DNA of 64,000 bases from Azolla caroliniana (lineage: Eukaryota > Plantae > Polypodiophyta), in NCBI GenBank assembly GCA_043228905.1, contig JBHGNT010000007.1, positions 8,990,001-9,054,000 on the forward strand, read 5' to 3'. This document shows positions 14,207-26,763 of this stretch, piece by piece. Every line of letters starts with the position of its first letter. Within the stretch, counting starts at the first letter, position 1. The notes beneath the pieces were generated by a model, which was given only the letters and a program-made list of their open reading frames with translations, searched no databases and had not been told where the DNA came from. Position numbers and translations under genes: made by a program.

Positions 14207-14650
14207 GGGTAAAAGCATGCGAGTGGAAACACTATTATAGCTAATTAGCTATTTGTTTAGCTAGTCTTTTTGGTGGGAAAATCAAATATTTGAAAAACTA
14301 ATTTATAAAAAAACTCAAATATTTGAACTTCTGTTTCAGACGTAGTGGAACTTGGGGAATAACACCATCATCTAAGGTCGACTTCAATGTCATCAATTTC
14401 TTGTTTAGCCTAAGTTTGATTTTGAACGCAGATGGAGTACTTAGAGCACGAACGCAGACGTAGCAGCAGAAAATCGACATTGCAGATTGAGAGCTACAAC
14501 ACAAAACCCGCTCGATCATCGTCCAGGTATGTTTCAGTTATAGAAACCCCAAACATTTGTTTTTTATTTTTGACTACTGTTTGAACTTTGGTGCCGATTC
14601 ATATTTCCCCAAAATCGAATAGGGCGAAGTCCTTGGAGTCCCATACAAGG

Positions 14651-16549
14651 ATGTCTCGCAAATCGGGGAGTAGCAGCAGGTGTGTTTATATTACTTTTTT
14701 TGTGTTTAATCCTGTCTTTAGTGATGATTGGGGTTTCTAATTAGGGTTTTTATTTATAAATTTCTGATTAGGGTTTTTGATTATAAATTTTTGATTAGAA
14801 TTTCTGAATAGGGTTTCTGGTTACAAATTTTGATTACAGATTAGAATTTCTGAATATGGTTTTTGTTTATAAATTTCTGTTTAGAATTTCTAATTAGGGT
14901 TTGTGATTGAATTTTTTTATTAGGGTTTCTGATTGAAATTTCTGATTAGGGTTTTTGATTATAAATTTCTGATTAGAATTTCTGAATAGGGTTTCTGGTT
15001 ACAAACTTCTGATTGTAGATTTTGATTAGGGTTTTTGATTTCAAACTTCTGATTACAGATTTTGATTAGGGTTTTTGATTTCAAATTTCTGAATACAAAT
15101 TATGATTAGGGTTTCTGATTTGCTAAGTTAAAGATTTTGCACTATTTCTGTTGTTGTTGATTGGGGTTTCTGATTCTGACATATTCTCATTTTGCACTAT
15201 TTCTGATTTCTGAAATGATATTTCAGATGGCTCGTTCCTCTGTATTCGAGAGTGCTAAACTTCGCAAAATTTTGCGAGACAAAGGAGGACTTCCACAACA
15301 CATATGGTCTGTCACTCGAGGGTGTTGACCCTGTTGTCCTAAGTGATAAATTGATCAATGATGTAGACTGGATGACAGTATATACAATGCCTAGAGTCAA
15401 AGGCAAGGTCAAGCTGAAGCATGTACGAGCCAACTTGTACGATGATCGCATGACGCTGCACTAGAAAGTTCATCAGGAGATCCCAGTCAACAATGAGTTG
15501 TCAGTTTCATTTGCTAGAGCATTTGCATATGAGTACTGCAAAACAACGAAGGAATCCAGAGACCCTGAAATGTATAGGGTAGCTTGGGTAGTCTATGGTG
15601 AGGCATTGGTAAAAAGATGCCGAAAGATGGGGACCTTGGCACAAAAAATAGATAGATTTTGGAGCATGGCAGCTGTTGATGCAATTGCCGACTCCCAGCA
15701 AAACTGGGGGCATACACCACACCGACACCCAAGGAAAGCCAATGTCGATGATACAAGTGAGACATTGGTTAGCTATATGCTAAAAAATGTCCATGAAGCC
15801 TGTGAGACATTGGCATTTTTTAAGGCTGATTTAGAGAAAGCCACAATGGCTTTTGCAATGGAGAGCAAAGTTACTTCCGTTGTTACAACAATTAGAAATA
15901 AGATTCAGGTAACTATTGTTTTGCTGGTATGTGATTGTGTTATAAATAACTTTAAGGGTAAAATGTGCTAATCAAGCATTATCTGGAATAGGTTGTGCCA
16001 CTGGATCCCCAACGTAAAATACAACTGCAAATAGAGATCCAGGTTCTTTCAATGAACTTGGACCTTCTAGGTGTAAATACTATTGCATATTACAATTTGG
16101 AAAAGCTTCAAGTAAGTTAACGATTCCTGAGCAAAGTTGGTGTATCTTTCTCAGACAGGAATAATTAATCGGTAAATTTCTCTGTTGCGTTGAAGGAACA
16201 ATACATTCATCAAGAACAGGTAGTTAGCTGCCTTAAGAAGCAGCTACATTTTGTGGAGGGAATGGTAAGGACCAGACAGGATTTGGACCTGAACATTCTT
16301 GCTCCCTTACCAAATGAAGGAGAACCAGAAAATGATTTATTGACAGTTCAAGCACGTTGCATCGCTTGCGGGTTAGGTGTGGAGGACAAAATTGCGTCTT
16401 TGTTGGTTCACCTACAACCATGCAACCACACATACCATCTGCTTTGTTTTCAACATGCCTGTCGAATTGTTGCATTCTGTTTGGGAGATTGCAGTACAGC
16501 TCTACCAAATGAGTGGAGAAAACTAACAGGTATACCATACTGTAGCTAA
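14651..16549 (+). pseudogene. Four-exon transposon-borne gene: unknown N-terminal domain, coiled coil and RING-H2-like finger (about 394 aa, one premature TAG)
   Basis: Exons 14651-14679, 15227-15908, 15992-16111 and 16196-16549 joined at GT-AG sites keep frame. Single TAG at 15462. C-terminal C-x2-C-x17-C-x-H-x2-H-x2-C-x10-C-x3-C. Confidence 0.75.
14730..15175. repeat. Degenerate telo-box-like array (ATTAGGGTTT[C/T]TGATT) in an intron
   Basis: Multiple tagggttt copies and ttagaattt variants spaced about 15-30 bp apart. Confidence 0.85.
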
Positions 16550-17372
16550 TAAGCTTAGTCTTTTCTAATTAGCTAAGCCGTAAAAAAGTATGGAAACTAT
16601 TTTGCTGCTATTGTTGTAGCTAATTTGCTACTACCATAGTTGATTAAAGCAGCTAATAGCTATCCTATTAGCTAATTAGCTACTACCATAGTTTACTACA
16701 GTAGTTAATTAGCTAAGTAGCAGCTAGTTAGCTACTAGCTAATTAGCTATCCTACTGGCAGCTAGTTAGCTACTAGCTAATTAGCAGCTAGTACCCTAGT
16801 TGTGTAAAGTAGCTAATTAGCTACTGGCAACTAATGAGCTACTAGCTAATTAGCTATCCTAGTAGCTAATTAGCTACTCATAGCTAATTAGCTAGTACCA
16901 TAGTTGTGTAAAAAAGCTAATTAGCTATCCTACTAGCTAATTAGCTACTGGCAACTAATTAACTATCCTACTAGCTAATTAGCTACTGCCATAGTTGTGT
17001 AAAGTAGCTAATAAGCTATCCTAGTAGCTAATTAGCTACTGGCAGCTAATTAGCTATCCTCGTAGCTAATAAGCTATCCTAGCTACTACATAGTTGAGAA
17101 AGTAGCTAATTAGCTATCATTGTAGCTAATTAGCTATCCTACTAGCTAATTAGCTATCCTAGTAGCTAATTAGCTACTGCCATAGTTGTGTAAAGTAGCT
17201 AATTAGCTATCCTAGCTATTACCATAGTTGAGAAAAGTAGCTAATTAGCTATCCTAGTAGCTAATTAGCTATCCTAGCTACTACCATAGTTGAGTAAAGT
17301 AGCTAATTAGCTACCATAGTAGCTAATTAGCTATCCTAGCTACTACCATAGTTGAGTAAAGTAGCTAATTAT
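16540..17372. repeat. Array of the palindrome TAGCTAATTAGCTA between the convergent genes
   Basis: Dozens of copies, mostly about 20-bp units such as tagctaattagctatcctag. Confidence 0.95.
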
Positions 17373-17412
17373 GCTTGAAAGTCTTAAACTAATAAGATAT
17401 GCAAGTCTTAAA

Positions 17413-19646
17413 CTAATGGGCCTGCCATGAATAAATGAAGTTGTGTTTAATGAACTTTCCTAGAGATACTACAAACAGAGACACCAAATCCCTTGGTTTA
17501 AGCATCTTCCGAACTAGATCCTTTCTTTTACACACCTTTCCTTCAAAATTGGTGTTCACTGACTCAAATAACTTCACAGAGATCAATATTTCACTACTCA
17601 ATTCATTTGGACACCACCTAAATCTAGTAGGGCCACAATCTTGACATAAACCCATGACACATTTATGACTATGGAAGATAACGTCAGTTTCTCTCGGACA
17701 CAATATTGAATCTAATAAATAACTCATGGAAGAGATAACGTGCTCTGATGATTTACACTCCTCTTGCGGGCTTGATCGACAGATTGGGCACCCACATGTG
17801 CAAACTGTATTAGTTAGGGATGCGCTATGGTGACGTAGTAGATTAACAGAGACCTTCAGAAAACCCATTTGTACATGGTAAATGCAACATGTGTATCGAT
17901 CCTTTAAGCGTCTCACAAAGTGTGGCTTAAGAGACTCAAATGTTCGTAGTTGAACTTTGATATTTGGATGCATTTGTTTGAACCTAATAAATAAATCGAC
18001 CTGTGTAATAAAGGGGAATTAGTTATTCTCGTAACTAGCTAACTATCATAGTAGCTAATTATCTGTTCTAGTAGCTAATTATCTGTTCTAGTAGCTTATT
18101 AGCTGGTCTAGTAGCTAATTAGCTATCATGGTAGCTAATTAGTTGTCCTAGTAGCTAATTAGCTATCCTAGTAGCTAATTAGCTTTCCTAGTACCTAATT
18201 AGTTATCATGGTAGCTAATTAGCTAGTCTAGTAGCTAATTAGCTATCATGGTGGCTAATTAGTTGTCCTAGTAGCTAATTAGCTATCATGGTAGCTAATT
18301 ACCTTTCCTAGTAGCTAATTACCTGGTAATAACGAAATTAGCTATCCTAGTAGCTAATTAGCTGTTCTAGTAGCTAATTAGCTATCATGGTAGCTAATTA
18401 GCTTTCCTAGTAGCTAATTAGCTGGTAATAACTAGAGTAGCTAACTATCATAGTAACTAATTAGCTATCATGGTAGCTAATTACCTATTCTAATAGCTAA
18501 TTAGCTAATTACCTATTCTAGTAGCTATTTAGCTATCATGGTAGCTAAAACCCTATTCTAATAGCTAATTAGCTATCCTAAAAGCTAATTAGCTATTCTG
18601 GTAGCTAATTATTTGGTAATAACTAAATCAGCTATTGAGAATAGCTAATTAGCTATCATGGTAGCTAGTTAGCTATTTTGGTAGCTAATTATCTGGTAGT
18701 AACTAAATTAGCTATTGAGAATAGCTAATTAGCTATCATGGTAGTAGCTATTGAGAGTAGCCAATTACCTATGTAGTAGCTATCCTAGTAGCTAACTGAG
18801 GTAAATGTAACTGATAAGCTAATTAGCTTTTCTGCTAACTGAGCTAATTAACTTTCCGTGTAGAGTCAAAACAAATGTTGAGATAAATGTAAATACCTGA
18901 GGTACATCAAGAAGATGAATGGGATGCTCCTCGTATTGATTTCTTCCAACACATTTCTTGCATAAATCCTTTTTATTGGGTGAAACCCTACTCTCATTAG
19001 TCCAAAACATTGTGATTACATCCTTGATTTCAAATGTTATGGGTGTCATTGGCTTACATCTTGTAGTTAGCTTTAGTAGACTAGTTCCTTCACCCGAGGA
19101 AATTATACGGTTCATTGTATTGTACACTGTTTTTCTACTAACACCAATTACCTTAGATAGCTCACTGATGTTTATATCATCAACATCACTATTAAGTAAC
19201 ATCATTAGACTAGACCTTTTTAAGACAAGATCATCTTTTGACCTGCTCATGGATACGAAACTATTACGAAGATTATTTACTAAAATAGATGATATGTTTG
19301 CATTAAGACCATCACAATCAACTAAGTCCTTTATCAATGGATCATTACATATTCCATAAAGTACTACCTTCTTTTCTTCATTGCTGATGTGCTTGGTTTG
19401 AACATTGAAATAGTCTACAACCTTTCTCTCTATGATGGTAGTCGCATTACTTACATTCTCAACTAAACTATCCTTACCTTTACTGAGTGTGGCTTTCGTA
19501 TCCTTCAACAATTGACGATGTTTCCTTTTTTTTTCTGCCCAATAGTTTCGTATGGCTTGTTGTGTCCTGATAGCATCATCCCTATCCTTATGATCATTGA
19601 GGGGTAATTCTAAACACCCTTCTTCCCCTTCCATTTGGCTGGACAT
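17413..19646 (-). pseudogene. Spliced transposase N-terminal half (Sola2-like); catalytic core deleted
   Basis: Exon 19646-18897, GT-AG intron 18896-18001 and exon from 18000 join in frame as HPIHLLDVPQ/VDLFIRFKQMHPNIKVQLRTFESLKP. Then CCIYH, CxxGxCxxCG and KHNFIYSWQAH*FKTC, after which similarity ends at a short duplication (aagtcttaaactaat x2). Confidence 0.65.
18030..18850. repeat. Second TAGCTAATTAGCTA array filling the transposase intron
   Basis: About 20-bp units such as tagctaattagctatcatgg and tagctaattagctgttctag. Confidence 0.95.
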
Positions 19647-19789
19647 ATTAAAACCCTAAATTTCCAGAAAAAAAACAAATATTTAAGATGGCTATGAGCA
19701 ACAACAATACACAAAAATATTCCACAATACACAAGATTAGACACAACAATACACAAGATAATCAATAGACAGAAAAGTTATTGCAATCC

Positions 19790-20385
19790 AAGACCGAACA
19801 GTAGAAGAGTTCACTCCGTTGGATCGAACAGTTGAGGAGGCGATCCAGGACCGACCAATGGCGACAACTGAGTGTAGAATGTTGCCGTTGGATGAGTGAA
19901 CTCCGTCAAATCGAAATGTGGAAGCAATCCAGGACTAGACAGTAGCAGCAACTGAGTGTAGAATGATGGCAATGGAGGAGAGAACCCGGTCAGATTGAAT
20001 AGTTACCGATGATGCTTGGAACGCACAGAGAAGGCACCTGAGAGTAGAATGGCAGTAGTGGAGTTGTTAACGCCGTCGGGTCGAAAAGTGGCAACAATAC
20101 ACGACCTTCACAGTAGTGGCCCCTGAGTGTAGAGTGGCACAGAGAAGAGAACCCCGTTAGATTGAACAGTTACCGATGATGCTTGGAACGCATAGTAGCG
20201 GCCCCTGAGTGTAGAGTAGCACAGAGAAGAGAACCCCGTCAGATTGAACAGTTACCGATGATGCTTGGAACGCACAGTAGCGGCCCTTGAGTGTAGAGTG
20301 GCACAGAGAAGAGAACCCCGTCAGATTGAACAGTTACCGATGATGCTTGGAACGCATAGTAGCGGCCCCTGAGTGTAGAGTGGCG
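19790..20385. repeat. 82-bp tandem repeat upstream of the transposase
   Basis: agagaagagaaccccg recurs at 20141, 20223 and 20305. Diverged copies extend left to about 19790. Confidence 0.9.
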
Positions 20386-20690
20386 GCAGGTGGACTCGAT
20401 AGGGTTTAGCAATAGTGGTAGCAACTAACCCACAATACTCAACTAGAGATGGCCTACGTGATGTGGCAAAGGATCATGCATAATGGACCTAGGAATTCGA
20501 TATATAATTTATGGTACACATTTATGGTGCACATATCAATTTATGTTGCACGTTTATGTTGCACATTTATGGCACTCATTTACATATGTAATTAAAACAC
20601 TCTAGTATTTTCAATGGTAGTTTTTTGCATAGTTAATTTATTAATGATGGCTTTTTACTAAAATGACTATTTATCAATGGTAGCTTTTTG

Positions 20691-20776
20691 CATAGCTAAT
20701 TAGTTATGTCAAGGACATAGCTAATTAGTTATGTCAAGGACATAGCTAATTAGTTATGTCAAGGACATAGCTAATT
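20691..20776. repeat. Subterminal 25-bp tandem repeat (about 3.4 copies) containing the palindrome core
   Basis: catagctaattagttatgtcaagga at 20691, 20716 and 20741. Confidence 0.95.
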
Positions 20777-20905
20777 GTTTCCACTCTCATGCTTTCACCC
20801 TAGAGTATTTATGTCTTTGGCCCATTCTTTCAGCTACTCCCCTTGCATCTGGCTAGTCTCCACTTAGCCGATCTTCTTCTATCTGTCCACACGTCCTCGG
20901 CTTCT

Positions 20906-23900
20906 TGTGAATGTTAATGTGCGGAAGTGTCAGACAGAACCGGCTCAGCTGGATAGCAACAGAAAATGAGATGAAGGTTTAATGGAAAAGCTTAAAAACA
21001 CAGAGGAGACAGAGAGAGCAAAACATAAAACTATATATTCAAAAAATGAACTCTAAAACTCTGTAGATACAACGTGCTAAACAACACTATTATACAAGTC
21101 CATAAAGGACTGACAGAAGTATTGACAGGTACTTCAATGCTCACAAGTGCGACTGACACTAACTACGAGACAATGATTACCTAGTAGTCTAGGCTACTAC
21201 TAGGCTTTCGGTTCCCGCTCGAATCCGACTCCCCAATCTGGCCGGTTGTTTCCGGATACCATCCGGATACCGATCCAGCTCATCCTTCCGGATGCCGATC
21301 TGGTTTAGGCTTATTCAGACGATCCGGATCCGGTTGAGCTTGCTCGCACAACACTCCCCCTCAAGCTCAACTTGAGGTCGGATTGTGGTGTTAGTGTCTG
21401 CAGCAGTCGGTTCTTCTACCCGGCTCCTTCTGGCGTTGCTCCGCCTCGCTCGCGTTCCTCGTCCGGTTCGGTCTTGTTTGCTGCGACCCTTCTGGTTCTG
21501 CGCACCTTGACCTCCTCGGTCGACTTGTCTGTTCAACAGGCCCATTCCAGCTCCCTCGCTGCTGCGACTCTGGCGCTTGTCGACCCATCGGTTCCATCGT
21601 GTTGGCGTCGACTTCCGCTGCGTCTGTGTCCGTTTGGCTTTTAGTTGATCCAGCTTTTCTGAATCTTGAACCGAATCGGTTTCCTTCGATTCGTTCCAAC
21701 TCTTGTTCGAGTCGGTGTTCTCCAACTCATCTTCCGGTTTCAAGCCCTTCACCACACCGGACCACGTCCGAGTCTTTGGCGTTTTCTTCCTATTGGCCCT
21801 GTCCTTCTTGATCCTGTCCTTCTTGACTCTGCCGCCGCTGCCGCTTGTTCCGACCTTTTCGGATGTGCCGACTCCTTCGGTCGGCTCGACTTCCTTTTTC
21901 CTCTTGTCTCCCCCTTTGTTGGTTCTTTCTTCCTCTCCGGCTCCTTGTCCGGTGCCATCTGTTCCCTTTCCTTTTCTCCCCCTCAAGTGCGGCACGGTGA
22001 ACTGATGCAACTTGTCCGATCCGAGCGGTTTGGTGAAGATATTGGCAATTTGCCGATCCGTCTGAACATACCGAAGTTCTACTTCACCGCTCAAAACCCG
22101 CTCACGCACAAAGTGATAGTGGACTTCTATGTGCTTCGTCCGAGCATGGAACACGGGGTTCTTGGCGAGCTGAATGATGCTCATGTTGTCTCAATAGAGC
22201 AGGATCGGGGTCAAGACCTCAAACCGCAAGTCTTGGAACAGTCGCCAAAGCCAGATGGCTTCACAATTGGCATTGGTAGCACCCCGGTATTCAGCCTCAT
22301 TGCTCGACAGAGCCACTGTTGGCTGCCTTTTGCTACTCCACGCAACAGCGGCGCTACCCAGAGAAAACATGTAACCGGAGGTGGATCGACGATCCGATGC
22401 ATCAATGGCCCAGTTGGCATCTGTATATCCCACTAGTTCTTCGGTTATACCATGCCGGTATAACAGTCCCCGGTCCTTCGTGCCGCTCACATACCGGAGT
22501 ATCCGGTGTGCGCACTAAAGGTGCTCGACGGTCGGCTTCTGCATGAACTGGTTGATCACTCCGACCGGGTAACTAAGGTCAGGTCGAGTGATTGTCAAGT
22601 ATATCAGGCTTCCGACGATTTGTCGGAACCGTTTCTCATCGCAGGCTGGTTCAGAGTTGGGACAAATCTTCTGGTTCCGGTCAAGGGGTGTGGAGACAGG
22701 TCGGCACTCCGTCATACCGAACTTGTACAACATATTCAACACATAGTGTCGTTGTGAGAGCAATATGCCGTCGAGGGTTCGGATCCCCTCGATCCCAAGA
22801 AAATAATGAAGGTCCCCTAGGTTCTTCATTTCAAATGCGTTTGACAGTTGGGACTTTACTCAGCCGATTTCATTGAGTCCGGGTCCGGTGATGACTAAAT
22901 CATCAACATAGAGTAGGATGCAAACCGGACCGTCCGGACCTTGTTGGATGAACAAGGACAAGTTAGATTTAGAGGTCACAAACCCCATCTTATGCAACCG
23001 GTGCGTGATCTTCGCATTCCAAGCTCGGGGGGCTTGTTTCAGACCGTAAAGTGACTTCTTGAGCCGGCACACCGCCGACTTGTTCATCTCTGACTAAAAA
23101 CTGGGAGGTTGGATCATATAGACCCGTTCTTCAAGGTCACCTTGAAGAAACGCATTCTTCATGTCCATCTGGTGAAGATGCCACCCTCTTGTTGCAGCAA
23201 CCGCCAGTATCACACGAACCGTCATCATCTTCGCTACCGGGGTGAAGGTCTCGTCGTAATCGATTCCTTGGGTCTATGCGTATCCCTTCGCCACTAACCG
23301 GGCCTTGTACCGGTTAACCGAACCGTCGACATTGCACTTTACCTTGTACACCCATTTGCAACCGATCGGTTTATAGTGTTGGGGAGGGTCAACAAGGTCC
23401 CATGTGTCATTGGCATCTAGTGCATGCATTTCTTCCTCCATAACGGCACGCCAATTTGTGTCCTTCGCCGCTTCTGCGTAGCTCTCCGGCTCACGCACTT
23501 CCACCACCTTAGTCATGAATGCATAATGATGCGCCATGTACTCATTGTACCCGTATTGCGTAGTAGGGTTCTTCAGGCGGGAATACCGGCGTAACTTGGT
23601 ATTACCCGGTTTGGGGCCCTTCTTGGCCAGGTTGGACTTTGTTCCCGAAGATCCGCCTTCATCCTTTCCGGAGTCGGATTCGCTCCGATCCGACTCAACG
23701 TTGCCGGTTTCGTATTCCGGCATCTTCTTCTTCCCCTTCTTTTTGTGCGTGAACCATCTCCTCAGTTCCTTGTGCGGGGAGAGCACGATAGAGTCTCCAC
23801 TACTCGCTAGTTCCTCATCCGACTGGTCATCCTGACTCAACCGCTCATTCGGTCCACTTAGCCGGAATGAGATCAGACTCTCTTCTAGAATGCCGAAGTC

Positions 23901-26763
23901 TTCATCTTCTACTTGGACCTCCTCGGGCTTGCTAGCCTCATCTTCCAGAATTGGGTTTTCGTCGGGAGTTGGAGTCGGTAAGGAGTACCATGATGCCGTC
24001 TCATCAAACTCGACATCTCGGCTTACTCGGACCTGCTTAGTCCAGGGGTTATAACTCTATACTCCTTTTGCTCATGCGAGTAACTGACTAGAATGCACTT
24101 CTCCAACTTCGAATTCAGCTTCCTCCGCTTCTCATCCGGTACATGCACATATGCTATGCTACCGAATATCCAAAGGTGTCTTAAATTCAGCTTTCGCCCA
24201 AAATACAGCTCATGTGCTGACACCTTGTCACCGATTCGGTTTTGGATGTAGACGACCGTACAGACCGCCTCGGCCTAGTAGAAATGGGGCATGCTCTTCC
24301 CCTCCAGCATTGCCCTTGCCGCGTCGACAGTCAACCGGTTCTTCCTTTCGGCCACACCGTTTTGCTCCGGTGTGTACCTGCAGCTGAATTCTCTCCGAAT
24401 TCCGTTTTGCTGCACATAACTGTTGAATTGGCTGGAAAAGTATTCTTTCCCGCCATCCGACTGCATGCACTTGATCTTCCTCTCCGTTTCCCGTTCAACC
24501 AAGCTTTGAAGGTTCCTAAAACACTGGAAGACTTCACTCTTCCTCTTGATGAGGTAGATCCACGTGTGCCGACTGTAGTCGTCGATGAAGGAGACGAAAT
24601 ACCGACTCCTGCCAAGACTAACGTTTTGTGTCGGTCCCCATACATCCGAATGGATTAAATCGAGCTTGTTATGGCCCCGGTTTCGATCGGTGAGGAATGG
24701 AAACCAGTGTTGCTTCCCGAGTTGGCAGGCTTCACAAATTTCGGCCTTCCAGCCGCTAAATTTCGGCAAACCGAAAACGACTTGTTTCGATTGCAGGTCT
24801 TGAAGCCTCTGATAATTGACGTGGTCGATCCGCTTGCGCCACAGGTCGATGTCCGATTTGACCTTCTGTCCTTTCGCAAACATAGTGGTGCCGACATCAT
24901 TAGTGTTGAGGATGAACATCCTACCGTCTTTGCGCCCTTGCGCAATTATCCAGCCCTCTTCCTCGATGGAGCACCCTAGGTGCATAAACCACACCTACAT
25001 CCCCTGGTCGACGATTTGCCCAACTGACACCAGGTTCTTTGTGATAGTCGGAACGTGTAGTACGTTCATCAGCTTCCCCTTTTGTCCGACATGGCTTAAA
25101 GGGACTTCTCCAACATGCACAATTGGGTGAGGGGTGTCATCTCCGGTTTCGACAATCCCTGGTTGTTTTGGTTTCTCCAAAAAAAAAGAACCACTCTTCA
25201 TGGCTCGTCATGTGGTTGGACGCTCTGGAATCAACGTACCATACTTCATTTGATCCAGAAGTAGTCTTCTTCATCGAGTTAGCCTTGTGCTTCATCACGA
25301 AGGTTGGCCCTTTACCGGTTTTCTCGGTTCCGGATCCTTCCGATCATTCTGCGTAGTGCGAGCTTTGCCGGTTCTCCTGACCGGTTTTGCCGGATCCGGA
25401 TCTATCCAAATCGGCGTGCTTCTTCCAGCACTCGCTTTCCCTGTGGCCCTTTTTGCCACAGTACCAGCATTCCATGTCGGCCTTTCCTTGCAATTTCCTG
25501 GCGCCGCTTTGACTACCCCTGCTTCTGGGGGGTTCAGAACTGCTGTCAGCACAACCTCTGTGCCTCTGGTCCTGCTCTTGTCGGCCGCCTCCATTGCGTG
25601 CCGACCCACCTCATACACCACGTCCATGGGGCCGATTTGTCTCCGTGTACAACATCCGGTTGTTCGATTGAGTGGTCCTTGACCCACTCGCGTGGTTTTC
25701 TTCGACCATCAGCATCGATTGCAAGTCGAAGAAGGATGGTGGTTCTTCCGGGTGTAGATTGCTTTCCGGATTGGCCTGTACCTTTGCGCTAGACCACCGA
25801 AGCAAATTTGCATCATCTCATCTTCGTCCACCGTCATGTTGATGGACCTGAGTGCGTGGCAAATCTCCTTTATCTTGGTGGTGTAGTCTGTAACCAACAT
25901 GTCTCTTTGCCGGATGTTGTTCAACTCTTGCCGGAGCTGCAACTTACGAGTTGTGGTACTTGCGGCGAAAATCTTTCATAGATTTTCCCAAGCCTCCTTC
26001 GGCGTCTTTGCATCCTTGATGTAGCTGAGCATTTGATCATGCACACGGGACGTGAGACAGTACAATACCCATCTCACTCCTTGCTCCCATACCGGGAAGT
26101 TTTTGTGTGATGGCTCCGATGCTACTTCATTTGTTCCTTCCACGAAGCTCCAATATCCATGCCCCAGCAGGTACTGGTGCATTTTATATGACCAGGACGA
26201 ATAGTTGCTCCGGTCGAGCTTCTCTGTTGGAAGTGAACTCGCCATTCCTCTGTCCATATCTTCTCTCTATTTGTTGTTACCGGGTTCTAGGGTTCTTCTA
26301 CGGAAGCAAATGTCGGTTGCAGAGTTCTCAACCCTTGCGCTCTGATACCATGTGAATGTTAATGTGCGGAATCGTCAAACAGAACCGGCTCAGCTAGATA
26401 GCAACAGAAAATGAGATGAAGGTTTAATGGAAAAGCTTAAAAACACAGAGGAGACAAAGAGAGTAGAACATAAAACTATATATTCAAAAAATTAACTCTA
26501 AAACTCTGTGGATACAATGTGCTAAACATCACTATTTATACAAGTCCATAAAGGACTGACAAAAGTACTGATAGGTTCTTCAATGCTCACAAGTGCGACT
26601 GACACTAACTACGAGTCAATGATTACCTAGTAGTCTAGGCTACTACTAGGCTTCCGGTTCTCGCTCGAATTTGGCTCTCCGATCCAGCCGATTGTTTCCG
26701 GATACCGATCCGGCTCAAGCTTATTTAGCCGATCCGGATCCAGTTGAGCTTGCTCGCTCAACA
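20906..26763 (-). mobile_element. Ty1/copia LTR retrotransposon, degenerate, GC-rich
   Basis: LTRs 20906-21353 and 26351-26763. PBS tggtatcagagc at 26339-26350. PPT at 21354-21365. TSD cttct/gttct. gag (EKLDRSNY), INT (IHSDVWGP), RT (LYVDDLVI) and RH fragments. Confidence 0.95.

Larger units (their letters stand above)
14207..20800 (-). mobile_element. TIR DNA transposon, Sola2-like, internally deleted, carrying a second gene
   Basis: 25-bp TIRs 14207-14231 and 20776-20800 (23/25 match, 5'-GGG). 4-bp TSD tgga/taga; removing the element restores the host gag text. Contains a Cys-rich transposase N-terminal half. Boundaries are firm; the superfamily call is less so. Confidence 0.85.

Noticed and set aside
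16540-18850. Palindromic repeats with variable spacers resembling a CRISPR array
   Set aside because: Spacers are short and themselves repeated, there are no cas genes, and the context is a eukaryotic intron and intergenic region.
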